DNA of 53,742 nucleotides from Myxococcota bacterium (GTDB lineage Bacteria; Myxococcota_A; UBA796): NCBI GenBank assembly GCA_038520555.1, contig JBCBLB010000001.1, positions 1 to 53,742 of the forward strand, read 5' to 3'. Shown piece by piece: positions 52,629 to 53,742 of this stretch (position 1 is its first letter; each line of letters starts with the position of its first letter). The notes under the pieces were generated by a model. It saw only the letters and a program-made list of their open reading frames with translations, ran no database searches and was not told where the DNA came from. The position numbers and the translations under genes were made by a program.

Positions 52629-53742
52629 ATGCTGGTGGTGGTGTTGTTTGATCCCGACGCTGCGCGTCGGGAGTCGCGGCAGACCGCGCTGCGGAGCGCA
52701 GGCCATGTCCTCGCGGCGGTCGGTACACTGTCCGCACTTCCCGGGACCCTGTCTCCTGAGGTGGTGATCCTGCCAGAGGATCTGGACCCCGCCCTCCGGG
52801 AAGCGATCTTCGCGCATGTCGGCACGACCCGGCTCGTCCACGATGACGGAGACATCGCGGCGCTGCTCGCGACGCTCCGCCGCCTCGCCGACGCCGAGCG
52901 GCCGCGGCTTCAGATCGGGCCGGTCTTTGTCGAGCCGCGGGCGCGCCGTGGTGAGCGAGATGGCGTGGCGTTCAGCCTCTCGCAGACCGAAGCGGGGCTG
53001 CTCTCCTGGCTGCTGTGCTGTCAGGAGGCGGTGACGCCTCGGCAGGAGATGCTCGTCCACATCTGGGGGTATCACCCGGCGTCGACCTCTCGAACGGTCG
53101 ATGTCACGATCCGTCGGCTCCGAGAGAAACTGGAGATCGATCCACAGCGCCCCCAGCACCTGCTGACCGCTCGTGGAGAAGGGTATCGCCTGGTCGGCGC
53201 GCGGCCGGCGCCGCCTCGTCTGCCCGACCCACCCCTGATGTCGCTTCGGGATTCGATGGGCATCTTCGGCCGGGAGCAGGCCCTCTCGGCCCTCCGGGCG
53301 GCCTGCCAGCCCGGTCAGGTGCTCACGCTGCTCGGGCCACCGGGGATCGGCAAGACCACGCTGGCCCGCGCGCTCTTGTCGACATCAACGGCGGGGCTGT
53401 TCGTCGCGCTCGCACATGCGACGACCGACGATGACGTGGCCGTGGCCCTCGGCGCGGCGCTGGGGCTCGGGCGACAGCGTCCCCCCACAGCACAGCTCGC
53501 CAAAGCGCTGACCTCACAGGGAGACGCCGTGGTGGTGCTCGACAACGCCGAACAGGTCGTCGATGGCGTGATCAGCGTTCTCTCCGCGCTGCTGCCGAAG
53601 ACGCGCGCCGTTCGCTGGGTGGTCACCAGCCGGGTCCGGCTGCGGATGAACGCCGAACAGATCATCGAGGTCGAAGGCCTGGCGGTCGAGGCAGGGGTAG
53701 AGATGTTCCTCGCCCGTGCCCGGCAACGCAGGCCAGGCTACG
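52629..53742 (+). CDS. Degenerate receiver-like domain, OmpR-type winged helix and STAND P-loop ATPase; 3'-truncated by the window end and absent from the ORF track
   Basis: By hand translation, GAGAGGAGGGGGAG precedes ATG 52629 and the frame is open to 53742. The wHTH is LSQTEAGLLSWLL..VTPRQEMLVHIWGY..SRTVDVTIRRLREKLE..LLTARGEGYRL. Walker A is LLGPPGIGKTTLA and Walker B is AVVVLDNAEQV. Confidence 0.85.
   Translation, partial: MLVVVLFDPDAARRESRQTALRSAGHVLAAVGTLSALPGTLSPEVVILPEDLDPALREAIFAHVGTTRLVHDDGDIAALLATLRRLADAERPRLQIGPVFVEPRARRGERDGVAFSLSQTEAGLLSWLLCCQEAVTPRQEMLVHIWGYHPASTSRTVDVTIRRLREKLEIDPQRPQHLLTARGEGYRLVGARPAPPRLPDPPLMSLRDSMGIFGREQALSALRAACQPGQVLTLLGPPGIGKTTLARALLSTSTAGLFVALAHATTDDDVAVALGAALGLGRQRPPTAQLAKALTSQGDAVVVLDNAEQVVDGVISVLSALLPKTRAVRWVVTSRVRLRMNAEQIIEVEGLAVEAGVEMFLARARQRRPGY

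Noticed and set aside
1-53742. tRNA, rRNA, integrase, transposase or other mobile-element boundaries that would define genomic islands.
   Set aside because: I found no T-loop/anticodon-arm-like structures, no recombinase motifs and no terminal inverted or direct repeats flanking the lower-GC segments. Any island status therefore rests only on composition judged by eye.

Overview
This is a 53.7-kb high-G+C chromosomal segment. No homology search was possible, so all calls rest on motif reading, start/stop and Shine-Dalgarno (SD) context, and composition. The gene content includes many lipoproteins with acidic linkers, LRR, pentapeptide and FG-GAP repeat proteins, and wHTH-STAND regulators. By inference only, this looks Myxococcota/Bradymonadia-like.

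I support about 42 protein-coding genes. I saw no rRNA, tRNA, CRISPR array, transposase or integrase.

- 1-21 kb: a 5'-truncated fibre/adhesin-like repeat protein; a minus-strand chain of recQ, esterase, secreted protein, RNI-type LRR protein and creD-like gene; a TRAP transporter split by a sigma-70-family gene; a metallophosphoesterase; a 576-aa pentapeptide-repeat protein; and a dinB, DUF4328, isochorismatase-like chain.
- 21-35 kb: envelope and accessory genes. These are an S41 peptidase module, an arylsulfotransferase-like propeller, a Tat-exported intradiol dioxygenase next to a cytochrome c with a CX4CH site, a GNAT remnant, two more LRR proteins, an MFS transporter, and a 57-aa Cys-rich lipoprotein that the ORF track misses.
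- 35.9-53.7 kb: the most interesting region, a mirror-symmetric island. Two winged-helix + STAND-ATPase regulators lie at the edges; the second runs off the window and is absent from the ORF track. Each is transcribed divergently from one of two convergent operons.
  - Plus-strand operon (39091-47123): a protein built of three copies of an unrecognised ~120-aa module, a protein with a fourth copy plus a coiled coil, a 1085-aa coiled-coil protein with a Gly/Ala-zipper core, and a secreted subtilase carrying GTGIATSPF repeats.
  - Minus-strand operon (52155-47329): an FG-GAP propeller lipoprotein with a beta-rich Ser/Thr C-terminal domain, and a Gly-rich beta-helix-like lipoprotein.

I could not place the plus-strand operon in any family I know. 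It is my best candidate for an undescribed system, possibly a regulated membrane-active or predation/competition module. Its function is inference only.
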